Shown here: positions 1 to 9,200 of the stretch, piece after piece
How the letters are laid out: every line of letters begins with the position of its first letter
Numbering within the stretch: position 1 is the stretch's first letter
Source: Planctomycetota bacterium
GTDB lineage: Bacteria; Planctomycetota; JAJSAM01; JAJVHW01
NCBI GenBank assembly: GCA_965248445.1
Contig: CBDFJG010000004.1
Location: 1,440,001 to 1,504,000, forward strand
Length of the DNA stretch: 64,000 nt
Reading direction: 5' to 3'
The notes under the pieces: model-generated
Told to the model about the DNA's origin: nothing
What the model saw: the letters and a program-made list of their open reading frames with translations, nothing else
Database searches by the model: none
Translations under genes and position numbers: made by a program

Positions 1-213
1 CCCGATCTGCGCGCGCACGAAGTCCGCCGGCTTCTCGTCGCCCGGCTCGAAACCCATGTCGGCGAGCAGCTTCCCGAAGTTGGCGATGTGCTGCTCGGCG
101 TCGTCGCGTTCGCCCTCGGCCTTCTCGCGTCGGCCGCGCTCGTCGTCGAGTGCGCGATTGGCGGCGCGGAGTTCGGCGCGCAAGGTGTCGATCTGCTTGT
201 CGGTCGTCGTCAT
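1..213 (-). CDS. Phage-like coiled-coil hypothetical protein (runs off window start)
   Basis: Manual translation from ATG at 213: MTTTDKQIDTLRAELRAANRALDDERGRREKAEGERDDAEQHIANFGKLL..., open to base 1. The ATG overlaps the stop of the upstream ORF (ATGA). Confidence 0.65.
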   Translation of the reverse strand, partial: MTTTDKQIDTLRAELRAANRALDDERGRREKAEGERDDAEQHIANFGKLLADMGFEPGDEKPADFVRAQIG

Positions 214-632
214 GCGCGCCCCTCCGGAATCCTGACGCCGTCAGGTAGTGGCCGAAACCACATGAAGTCGGTGACGCGCGTCAGCCCCGCCCGACTCGGG
301 TGCGGGTCGTGGACCATCTCGGTGCCGATGCCGACGACAGCGTGCGACCGACCGCGAGGTCCGTCACCCCCGATGATCGTCGCAACGTCGGCAGGGACGG
401 CGTGCGCGTTCTCCCCGTCGCAGAGGTAGACGCGTAGTCTCCAGTTCTCGCGCGCGAGATCGACGGTGATGTTGAACCAGTGCCGCTCTACGTCTTCGTT
501 GCTGTGGAACTCCAAGATGTGGGGCACCTGCTCGGCATCAACTCCGAGGATTGACGCGATGCAACAGCGATAGCAGTCGCCGCCGTCTCCGAGAATCGTC
601 TGGTCGACGGGCCAGATGGCCGGCGCGGTCAC
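210..632 (-). CDS. Phage-type hypothetical protein, possible papain-like (Cys-His-Asp) fold
   Basis: GTG start overlapping the upstream TGA (GTGA). Motifs QTILGDGGDCYRCCIASILG ... HAVVG ... HDPHPSRAGL. Confidence 0.65.
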   Translation of the reverse strand: MTAPAIWPVDQTILGDGGDCYRCCIASILGVDAEQVPHILEFHSNEDVERHWFNITVDLARENWRLRVYLCDGENAHAVPADVATIIGGDGPRGRSHAVVGIGTEMVHDPHPSRAGLTRVTDFMWFRPLPDGVRIPEGRA

Positions 633-925
633 GGTTGCACCGCCGGGAACTCCCGGACGCGCAAGTCCTGGGGCCACTCGGCGGGATCGCCGCCCTTGCG
701 GTCGCGGAGACGGACGACAGTCCGCACCTCCTCGGGAGTGAAGCGCCGGCACTCGCAACGGAACCTCGACGAGCTGAACAGTCGATTCGCGCCCCGGGCA
801 CCGCAGCACCGTGACCGGGTGAAGTAGTGCGCGAGGCGCGGGTGCCCGCAGGCGCAGGGCGCGTAGGGATTGGGACGCCGCGCGTCCGTCTTCGCCATGC
901 CGCGGGAGAGCTTTGTGCCGTTCAT
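629..925 (-). CDS. Small Cys/His-rich phage-like protein
   Basis: CACGHPRLAH...CECRRF putative metal-binding motif. C-terminus RKGGDPAEWPQDLRVREFP resembles the tail of phage Gp37Gp68 (DUF5131) proteins, recalled from memory. Coupled by start/stop overlaps on both sides. Confidence 0.6.
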   Translation of the reverse strand: MNGTKLSRGMAKTDARRPNPYAPCACGHPRLAHYFTRSRCCGARGANRLFSSSRFRCECRRFTPEEVRTVVRLRDRKGGDPAEWPQDLRVREFPAVQP

Positions 926-1065
926 CGCCCGACACCCCGGGGACCGCCTCGGGGAACGGTACGCACCGCACAGGGGGCGACGGAGTGCAGCGGAGGCGGT
1001 GAATTCGAGCCCACGGAGGCCCTCGCGCGGGTCCCGGGGTCATTGCAAATCCGTGGCCCCCTCAT
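922..1065 (-). CDS. 47-aa hypothetical peptide
   Basis: Not in the ORF track. ATG at 1065 overlaps the upstream stop and its TGA (922-924) overlaps the next ATG, so it fills the gap exactly. Confidence 0.4.
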   Translation of the reverse strand: MRGPRICNDPGTRARASVGSNSPPPLHSVAPCAVRTVPRGGPRGVGR

Positions 1066-1484
1066 GCGGACGCCTCGGCGACGACGCCGTCGGGCCACGC
1101 GCTGTCAGGCCACGGGTCGGCGTAGTGTCGGTCGCGCAACTTGGGCGGGACGGAGCGGGTTGCGGCTGCGAGGCGGGCGGTCGCGCGCCGCCTCCACTTC
1201 ACCGCGGACTCGTGCATCCGCTGCCGGCGCTTGCACGGGGCGCACCAATCCTCCGGCTCCCGCGTGCCCCACTCCTGGTGGTAGTCGCCGTAGAAGTCCA
1301 TCGACTCGGACGTGACTCGATGGCGCCAGCACGGCGGGTCGTCGCCCTCGACCTTGTCGCCCTTGCGGGTGGCCCAGCCGCGGCTATCCTTCTCCTCGAG
1401 TTCGCACACGACCTGGGCGCGCAGCACCTTCCAGAACTGCGCGAAGCGGCGCGCGCGACCGAGGGCGCGGATCGCACGGCTCAT
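1062..1484 (-). CDS. Phage-like hypothetical protein
   Basis: 140-aa ORF with CxxC (WCAPCKRR), ATGA-coupled at both ends. Confidence 0.6.
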   Translation of the reverse strand: MSRAIRALGRARRFAQFWKVLRAQVVCELEEKDSRGWATRKGDKVEGDDPPCWRHRVTSESMDFYGDYHQEWGTREPEDWCAPCKRRQRMHESAVKWRRRATARLAAATRSVPPKLRDRHYADPWPDSAWPDGVVAEASA

Positions 1485-1532
1485 GCCGCCACCGCCAGGT
1501 CTTCAGCTACACCGGGACGCGTAGCGTGAGCG

Positions 1533-1564
1533 TGGGACACATCCTGGGACACATCTTGGGACAC
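1533..1564. repeat. Three direct copies of TGGGACAC at a 12-bp period
   Basis: TGGGACAC-atcc-TGGGACAC-atct-TGGGACAC at the junction between the phage-like ORFs and rho. Confidence 0.8.
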
Positions 1565-1646
1565 TCGCGAACTCGCGCGAGGTCGTGCCAGGGGGTGGGC
1601 TTGAGGCTGTGAGGGCTCGCGGGGCCGGGGCGGAGTTAGGCTCCAG

Positions 1647-3107
1647 CTACCGGATGTGGAAGTGCTCGAGGAAGCCCTTGTTCGTGCTGGTGGTTTCCAG
1701 CTTGTCGACGAGCAGTTCCATCGCCTCTTCGGGCTTCAGCTTGTTGAGCACGCGGCGGAGGGTCCACGTGAGCTTGAGGACCTCCGCGGGGACGATCTTC
1801 TCCTCCTTGCGCGTGCCGGACTTGCTGATGTCGAGAGCGGGCCAGATGCGCAGTTCGGCGAGCTTCCTGTTGAGGACGATCTCGGCGTTGCCGGTGCCCT
1901 TGAACTCCTCGAAGATCACCTGGTCCATGCGGCTGCCGGTGTCGACGAGCGCCGTTGCGATGACGGTGAGTGAACCGCCGCCCTCGACGTTGCGCGCGGA
2001 ACCGAAGTGTCTCTTGGGGTGCTCCATCGCGCGGCTGTCGAGGCCGCCCGAGAGAGTGCGGGATCCGGAGCCCGTCTCCATGTTGTAGGCGCGTGCCATG
2101 CGGGTGAGCGAGTCGACCAGCATGACGACATCCTCGCCGGCTTCGACGAGCCGCTGCGCGCGGGCGAAGGCCATCTCGGCGACGGCGACGTGGCACGGGG
2201 CCAGGTCGTCGAGCGAGCTCGCGATGATGTCGCCCTTGATGGTGCGGCGGATGTCGGTGACTTCCTCGGGGCGCTCGTTGATGAGCAGGACGAGGACGTG
2301 CACGTCGGGGTAGTAGGTGTTGAGCGCGTTGCCGAGCTTCTGAAGGATGACCGTCTTGCCCGCGCGGGGCGGGGCGACGATCAGGCAGCGCTGCCCGAAT
2401 CCGACGGGAGCCAGCAGGTCGATCACGCGGGTCGTGACGTCCTTCCCGTCGCCTTCGAGCTGCATCCACCGCTCGGGGTCGATGGTCGTCAGGTGCTTGA
2501 ACGGGACCCGGAACTTGTACTCGTCGGGATACTGACCATCGAGCGTTCCGATCTCGTGGCACGTCGGGCGGTGCCCGTTGCGGCCGGGGATCTCGACCTT
2601 GCCCATCACCCGCGTGCCGCTGGCGATGTTGTACTTCTTGACGAGCGCTGCGGGCAGGTAGACGTCGTCGTGTTCGGCGATCAGGTTCTTGTGGATGCGC
2701 CGCAGGTACGCGAAGCCCTCGGGCATGACCTCGGCGATGCCGTCGGCGGTCTCGGGGAGCTCTCCGCCCGGCATGTACGGGGGCTGCTTCTGGTGCCAGC
2801 GCTGCGGACGTGCGCCGCCGCTGCCGCCGCCACGCCGGCCACCGCCGCCACCACCGCCGCGCCGCGCGCGGTTGCCTCCGCGCTTCTGCTGGCGCTTGCC
2901 GCCGCCGCCACCACCGCGGCGTCCGCGGGTCTTCTTGGGCTGGGTGGCGCGGGCGTTGCCGCCGCCACCACCGCCGCCTTGGCCGCCGCCTGCGCCGCGT
3001 CGGCCGCGTCGGCCGCGCCGTTTGCGCCGGCCGCCGCCTGGGCCGCCGCCGGATCCGCCGCCACCACCGCCGCCCGCTGGGGGGCCGCTTGAGTCACTGG
3101 GAGTCAT
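1647..3107 (-). CDS. rho: Transcription termination factor Rho with Gly/Arg-rich N-terminal extension
   Basis: RNA-binding domain (GFAYLR...DDVYLP), P-loop GQRCLIVAPPRAGKT, ERPEEVTD, DSLTRMARAYN, FEEFKGTGNAEI, SKSGTRKEE. Start placed at ATG 3107; the ORF track extends to 3179. Confidence 0.97.
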   Translation of the reverse strand: MTPSDSSGPPAGGGGGGGSGGGPGGGRRKRRGRRGRRGAGGGQGGGGGGGNARATQPKKTRGRRGGGGGGKRQQKRGGNRARRGGGGGGGRRGGGSGGARPQRWHQKQPPYMPGGELPETADGIAEVMPEGFAYLRRIHKNLIAEHDDVYLPAALVKKYNIASGTRVMGKVEIPGRNGHRPTCHEIGTLDGQYPDEYKFRVPFKHLTTIDPERWMQLEGDGKDVTTRVIDLLAPVGFGQRCLIVAPPRAGKTVILQKLGNALNTYYPDVHVLVLLINERPEEVTDIRRTIKGDIIASSLDDLAPCHVAVAEMAFARAQRLVEAGEDVVMLVDSLTRMARAYNMETGSGSRTLSGGLDSRAMEHPKRHFGSARNVEGGGSLTVIATALVDTGSRMDQVIFEEFKGTGNAEIVLNRKLAELRIWPALDISKSGTRKEEKIVPAEVLKLTWTLRRVLNKLKPEEAMELLVDKLETTSTNKGFLEHFHIR

Positions 3108-3619
3108 ACGTCTTGCACCCCATACGGGGAGCCTCTCTCTTCCGGACCCGCTGGTCGCGGGTCTCACTCGAACCGGCATCTCGGCCGCTGGCGTGCTTCC
3201 CCGGTCTCACGGAGACACAGCACACCCGGACGCCCTGCCGGCGGATCGTCGATCTGGCGCTGTGGCGCAGTCGCGGCGATCGGCCGGACGGGACAAAGTT
3301 GCATCGGGGGAGGGAACCGATCCGGCTACAGGCTGCCCGATAGGGTCGGGCCGACCTGAGAGGCCGTCATGGGCTTCTTCCTCGTCCGGCACGCCTGCCA
3401 GTCCTGGCGGGTGCGCGGGCGGTTCCGATGTCCTTTTCTACATCGGCAAGACCGGGTCCTCCCATGGAAATCAACTCGGGCCCCGGGAACTTCCCGAGCC
3501 TGGACAGCCTCGATTGTGTGCCTGACGTCGTCTCTCGCCCCTGCGTGGGGGGCCGCGTAGGCCGCCCCTGCGGTTGAGCCGAGAACCGCCTCAACGGCGT
3601 CAACCGTTGAGCCAAACAT

Positions 3620-4034
3620 GAATGCCGGAGCGGCCCGTAAGCCGGATCCTGTGACCCACCCCCGAAGGGGCGGGCGACGACCATTTCTCTGGGACGACCG
3701 TTGCCGGCCGCCTCGAACGCCCTACCCGGGAGTCATGACGAGACGGGCAGCCTCGCAGAGGGCCGAAGCCCTCATCCCCCCCTATGTGGGCTTTCTCCGG
3801 ACGGGGTTTACCGTGCCGCTGACGTCACCGTCAGCGCGGTGGGCTCTTACCCCACCGTTTCACCCTTGCCTCCTCCCCGGCCCTCGCGGACCGAGGCGAT
3901 CGGCGGTCTGTTCTCTGTGGCACTTTCCCTGGGCTTGCGCCCGGTGGGCGTTACCCACCGTCGTGCCCTGTGGAGCCCGGACTTTCCTCGGCGCCCGCGA
4001 AGGACGCCGCGGCCGTCCGTGCCGCTCCGGCAAC
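3620..4034 (-). ncRNA. rnpB: RNase P RNA (type A)
   Basis: Minus strand carries GAGGAAAGTCCGGGCTCCAC near the 5' end, AGTGCCACAGAGAAC, GGTGAAACGGTGGGGTAAGAGCCCACC and the 3' ACAGGATCCGGCTTAC. The P1 helix ends are complementary (3623-3634 and 4021-4032). Confidence 0.97.
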
Positions 4035-4075
4035 TCTGATTCTAGCACTCCGCGGTCTTTGGCTACGATCTCGGC

Positions 4076-5143
4076 ATGCGGGAGGGGTTGCCGCCGGAAG
4101 TTCCGGCGATCGTATTGGAGCGCGCCGAGGCGCTTGCCGAGGCGGTCGCACTGAGCGCATCGGAGCTGTCGGGACAGCTCGAATTCTCGACGTACAACTG
4201 CGCGGCGGTCGTGCCGCCCGCGTTGGTGGGCGAACTGGGTGTCGAGAAGGACCTCGTGAAGGCGGTCGTGCGGCGGGCGCTGCGCACGCGGCTGAAGTCC
4301 GCTTGGCCGGAGCGCCGCTACGAACCAGAGCGGCCCGAGGTCATCGTGACCGCGCGGTGTGGCGAGGCGCCGGTGGCCGAACTCGCGGCGCTGCCTGTCT
4401 ACGTGGCGGGGCGGTACATGAAGCACGCGCGTGGGCTGTCGCAGACGGTCTTCTACTGCCGGCGTTGTCGCGGTAAGGGACGACTGCGCGGTGCAACGTG
4501 CAGTCGATGCCGCGGCAGCGGGCGGTTCGTGGAGGAGTCGGTGGAGGACTTCGTGCGCCCCGTGATCGAGCGCGCGATGCAGGGGCGCGGCTCGTCGTTC
4601 CACGGAGCGGGGCGCGAGGACGTGGACGTGCGCATGCTCGGCACCGGGCGGCCGTTCGTCGTGACGGTCGAGAGTCCCCGGTTGCGCAGCGTGGATGCAG
4701 CTGCGGTGATCGCGGCCGTCGCAGAGGCGAGCGGCGGACGTGTGACGGTCGCTGATCTGGTGGTGGTCGACCGAGCCGTGCGCCGGCAGATCACCTCGGA
4801 GCACGGCGAGAAGGTGTACATGGTCGAGGTGCGTGCGGTCGGCGGAGCGTTGCCCGAGGGCGCCGCAGCGCTGCTCGCTCCCCTGTCCGGCGCGACGCTC
4901 TCGCAGCGGACTCCTCAGCGGGTCGAGGCGCGGCGTGCAGACAAGGTGCGGGAGCGCCGCGTGCGCGAACTCGAAGTGATCGAGTCGAGTGCGGATCGGC
5001 TGCTGCTGCGGCTGACGACGGATCCCGGGCTCTACGTTAAGGAGTTCGTGTCGGGGGACGACGGGCGGACCGTGCCGTCCGTGGCGGGGGCGCTCGGCAT
5101 TGCGTGCCTCTGCACGGAGTTGGACGTGGTGGCGGTTCGCTGA
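4076..5143 (+). CDS. pus10: tRNA pseudouridine(54/55) synthase, Pus10 family (archaeal/eukaryotic type)
   Basis: YVAGRYMKHARGLSQT; CRRCRGKG...CSRCRGSG; ESVED; catalytic HGAGREDVDVRMLGTGRPFV; QRTPQRVEARRADKVRER; GLYVKEFVSGDDGRTVPS; ELDV. Confidence 0.93.
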   Translation: MREGLPPEVPAIVLERAEALAEAVALSASELSGQLEFSTYNCAAVVPPALVGELGVEKDLVKAVVRRALRTRLKSAWPERRYEPERPEVIVTARCGEAPVAELAALPVYVAGRYMKHARGLSQTVFYCRRCRGKGRLRGATCSRCRGSGRFVEESVEDFVRPVIERAMQGRGSSFHGAGREDVDVRMLGTGRPFVVTVESPRLRSVDAAAVIAAVAEASGGRVTVADLVVVDRAVRRQITSEHGEKVYMVEVRAVGGALPEGAAALLAPLSGATLSQRTPQRVEARRADKVRERRVRELEVIESSADRLLLRLTTDPGLYVKEFVSGDDGRTVPSVAGALGIACLCTELDVVAVR

Positions 5144-5198
5144 GGAGCGTCGCGGTGTGGTGGGGGCGTAGCGGGAGGCGAGGCGCGTCCATGCCGCT

Positions 5199-5352
5199 GC
5201 AGAAGCGGTTGTTGACCGCTTCTGCCCTCCGCTCCGGCGCTCCGCGTTCGCTCCTGCCCTACCGTCCACCGGACGCTGGGCTGCCGCTGTGCGGCACCGT
5301 CGCTCACCCCTCGCGCGCTGACGCGCGTGCTCGGGTCGCGGCCGTTCGCTCG
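5199..5352. repeat. Intergenic hairpin/REP-like mosaic between convergent pus10 and GNAT
   Basis: 11-bp stem GCAGAAGCGGT/ACCGCTTCTGC (5199-5225). The TGAC-loop hairpin plus TCGGGTCGCGGCCGTTCGCTCG (5307-5352) recurs at 15011-15055. Confidence 0.6.
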
Positions 5353-5513
5353 GACCGGCGGGCGTGCGCTCTTCGCCGCGATCGCGCCTGCTCGAACTGA
5401 GTCCGCGCTGGCTGCCGGCGCGAGACCGCAGCGCCGGTCCTCGCTCACCCATCCCAAACCCCCGCCCACCCACTTGGGGGAGGACGCACGGGAAGTGGCT
5501 CTGGTTACGTGCG

Positions 5514-6285
5514 CTACTTGATCGTGTAGCTGCGCAGGCTGGCGGCCTTGTGGAAGCCGACCTTGCGCGCGAGCATCTCGCCGGCGCCGTCGCGGTTCGG
5601 GACGATGGCGCAGGCGAGGCGACCCTGGCCGTGGTGGGCCTTGACCAGGCGGCGCATGCAGGCGGTGGCGTAGCCCTGTCGACGGCTCTCGTCCTTTGTC
5701 GCTACGACCAGGCGTGCGTGATTGACCGACGTGTCAGCCGTCAGCGCGGCGCAGACGACTTCGTCGTTGATCACGATGCCGTAGCCGCCGCCGGCCATCA
5801 GCAGTTCGTTCACGGACTCGTAGGTGCGCAGAAGGCCCGGGATGCCGAGCGCCACGACGGAGTCGGCGTCGGCCAGACGCAGACGGCGGAGTCCCTCGAC
5901 GCGATCCATCTCCGGCGTGTCCTCGATGTCGGAGAACCAGACGACGGAGTGGCTGTCGGCCGACACACCGGCGTGGTGCTCCTCGAAGAGGGGCGCGAGC
6001 TCATCGCTGCAGAGCACCTCGACGGGCCCCGTGAGCGCGGCGAGGTACGTCGCGAGCGGGCCGTTCTCGACGTGACCGAACGCCCAGATCTGGTCCGGTA
6101 CTCCGGGCTCGCTCGGGACGCGAATCGCCACGGCGCCCGGCGCGCTCGGCGAGTCCACGTCGACAGTGCCGCACCTTGCGCTCCAGGGCGTGGAGCGGCG
6201 TGGTCGTCCACGGCGTGTCCGGCATGAACGGCCGCAGCGCGGGGAGCTGCTCCGTCTCGAGGGTCTTGAGAGTTGCTTCGCTCAT
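5514..6285 (-). CDS. GNAT-family N-acetyltransferase (apparent +1 frameshift near 6172)
   Basis: C-terminal acetyl-CoA motif VATKDESRRQGYATACM...LARKVGF. The N-terminus MSEATLKTL... is in another frame; removing one G joins the two. Confidence 0.7.
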
Positions 6286-6289
6286 GGTT

Positions 6290-9200
6290 TCAGTCCTGAC
6301 TGGCGGGAGACCCCGCCTCATTCCGATCGGGGCCTACGCCGCTGCGCTTGAGGATGAAGTCGAGGGCAGCCACGGTGTGCTCGTCGATGTAGACGTTGTC
6401 GTCCCGGCCGTGGCGGCGGGGCCGGGCGCTGCGTTCGGCGAACGCTGCCAGGGTCGCCGGGAGCTCCTCCGCGGCCTCTCGGCTCCGATCCGGGTCGTCC
6501 CAGGCGTCGAACGTGTCGTCGGCGTCCAGGATGACCTCGGTGGTGGTCCCCTCTTGCAGAGCTGCGACGCGGGTGTCGCCCAGCGCGGAGATGACCACGC
6601 TGTGAACGTCATCGATGTCGAACGGTCGTGTCAGCACCCGGTCGATGCCGGCGTGACGCGCCGGCGTGTCGTCGATGCCGTGACCCGGCTCGGCGAGCAG
6701 CACGATCCGGAGAGCCGGCCGGCTGCGACGGGCGAGCCGGCAGAGTTGCCAGCCGCTGTCGCGCCCGAGCGCGAGCTCCGTGATCAGTACGTTCAGCGAG
6801 TTGTTCGTCGTCGTGCCGAGGATCTTCGCCGCCTCCCCGTACGTGCCCACTCCGATCAACTCGACGCCGCGGCTCTCGAGGCCGCACCGCAGACGCTCCG
6901 CAATCCGTCCGTGCGCCGACACGTGCAGGATGCGCGGCGACGGTGGGAGCGCCGCGGAGCCGACGGTGTCCCCGGTCGAGTCGCTGCGCGCGTTGTATGC
7001 CGGCAGCACGATCGTGAACGTGGTGCCGTCCTTCGACGTCCGGACGTCGATGCGGCCGTCGTGCGCGCGCACGATGCCGTAGCAGATCGACAGCCCCAGA
7101 CCTGAACTCGGCCCGGCGGGCTTCGTGGAGAAGAACGGGTCGAAGATCTTGTCGCGCACTTCGGGGTCGATCCCCGTGCCGGTGTCGGTGACCCGCAGGC
7201 CGACCGAGTCCTCGCCGCGGTCGAACGACTCGACGGTGACGGTGCCACCGAGCGGCATCGCGTCGAGCGCGTTGAGCACCAGATTGAGCATCGTCTCGCG
7301 CAGTTCCGACGGGTTGCCGTGGATCTCGCGGCGGGCGTTCTTGCGGCCGACCACGGTGATCGAGATCCCGTGCTCCTGCTCGATCTCGTCGACGCGCTGT
7401 TTCACGAACGCCACGACGTCCTTCACGATCGCGTTGGCGTCCACCGCCTCGGACTCGAGCAGGCCCGAGCGGGGCCGCGTGAACTCGCGGATGCGGCGCA
7501 CGGTCTCCGTGCCGTCGAGCGCCGCGCGCTCGATGACCCGCGCCGCCTCCGCCGCTTCGCCCGTGAGGCCTTCCATGAGGAGGAACTGGGCGTTGCCGAG
7601 GATCGCAGCGAGCACGTTGTTGAAGTCGTGCGCCACGCCGCCGGCCATCTCGCCGAGCGCGCGGAGCTTCTCCGAGCGCGCCGTCTCTCGCTGCGCCTCC
7701 GTGCGCTTGGTGACATCGGTCACCACGCCGCATGCGCCGATGACCCGGCCCTCCTCGTCCATGAGCGGCATGGCCGAGACGATCGTGCGCGCCTTGCGGC
7801 CGTCGGAAACGATCCACGAGACCTCGTAGCGGCCGTTCTCCCCCGCGTGCCGCAGCGCCAGTTCACGCCGGTAGATCGCGATGGAATCGGCCGTGAGCAT
7901 CTCGGGGATGGTGCGGCCGATCACGTCGTCCAGCGATCGCTTGAGCAGGGATGCAAAACGATCGTTGGCGAACGAAATCCGGTCCTCGGAGTCGGTGATC
8001 ACGAATCCCTCGGTCATCGACTGGATGAGCACGGCGATCCGCCGCTGGCTCTCCTGCAGCCGCGCGAGAGTCGACTGGAGCCGTACACGCGACGTGTTGA
8101 GTGCGATTGCCACCGACGCGATCTCGTCTTGCCCGCGCACAGGGATGTGCTTCGACAGATCACCGCTCGCCATCGCAACTGCGGAGTCCTGCAGCGGCGC
8201 GAGGCGTTTTTGAAGCCAGGCTGCGAAGCGCACACCGGCAAACACGGCCATACCACCAAACAGCACGGAGAGCACGAGCATCGCGGCGCCGATCCGCTCG
8301 GCAACGTCGCGGCTCCTGCGCGACGCGTCGAAGGCAGTGTCCACGGCGGTGTATCGCGGCAGAGCCGACACGACGCACCAATCGGAGTTCGGGACGCTGC
8401 ACGCGGCGGAGACCGCCTGCTCGCTCATGAGCGTCATGCCGTTCTCGCTCGCCGGCAGACGGTCCGAGTCCCCGAGCAGCTGAGTCAGCTCGTCGTCGAG
8501 CCGGAGAGCGCGGTTGTCCGTGTCCGGCGCGATTCCGAGCGCGTCGAACGCGGCCTGCGGCACGTGCAGCGGCGTGCGGTCGCGCGCGAGCAGAAGCGTC
8601 GCTGCATGCGGTCGGATTCCACCGCCGGCCTCGAGGACTTCCGCGATCTCGTCGAAGTCGAGCACGACGCGGACCCATGCGTATTCGCTCCCGGCCGCAT
8701 CGGTGATCGCGGTCTGGTACGAAATCGCACGTCCACTCGTCGTCTCGTACGGGCCGTGCCAGCCGTCCGTCGCGGCCGCCTCAACGCGGGACATTTCGAT
8801 CGGCATGGCTCGGAGGAGATCCGACGCCGCGCTCTCGTACCGTCCGGGCGAGGACGGGGGCTCGGCGAGGAGGACGCCTTCGCCCTCGATCCACACGGAC
8901 ACGCTCTGGATCGGGGTGTCGCCGCGGGTGACGACCCGCACGACGTCGCCCAGGTCGGCGGCACGCTCGCAGAGCGAAGCCAGGTGCGCGTCGTCCGTGG
9001 TGGACGCCCGCGCGGCAGCGGTGACGGCGGGAACGCCGGCCTCGATGAAGGCGACGTCACGCTCCTCGAACACGATTCGCTCGACACTGCGGTCCCCGGC
9101 GTCCAACGGTCCCGGCCCGCGACGGCGCACGACGTCGGCGACGGCCGCGGCGGCGAGCTCGACGCGTTCGCGGCGTTCGGCGGCCGCGCGTGCGGCGTGC

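Noticed and set aside
1533..1564. Possible mini CRISPR array
   Set aside because: 8-bp units with 4-bp spacers are far too short and there are no cas genes; no CRISPR array was seen in the window.
3618..4154. ORFs overlapping 3620-4034
   Set aside because: The region is RNase P RNA.
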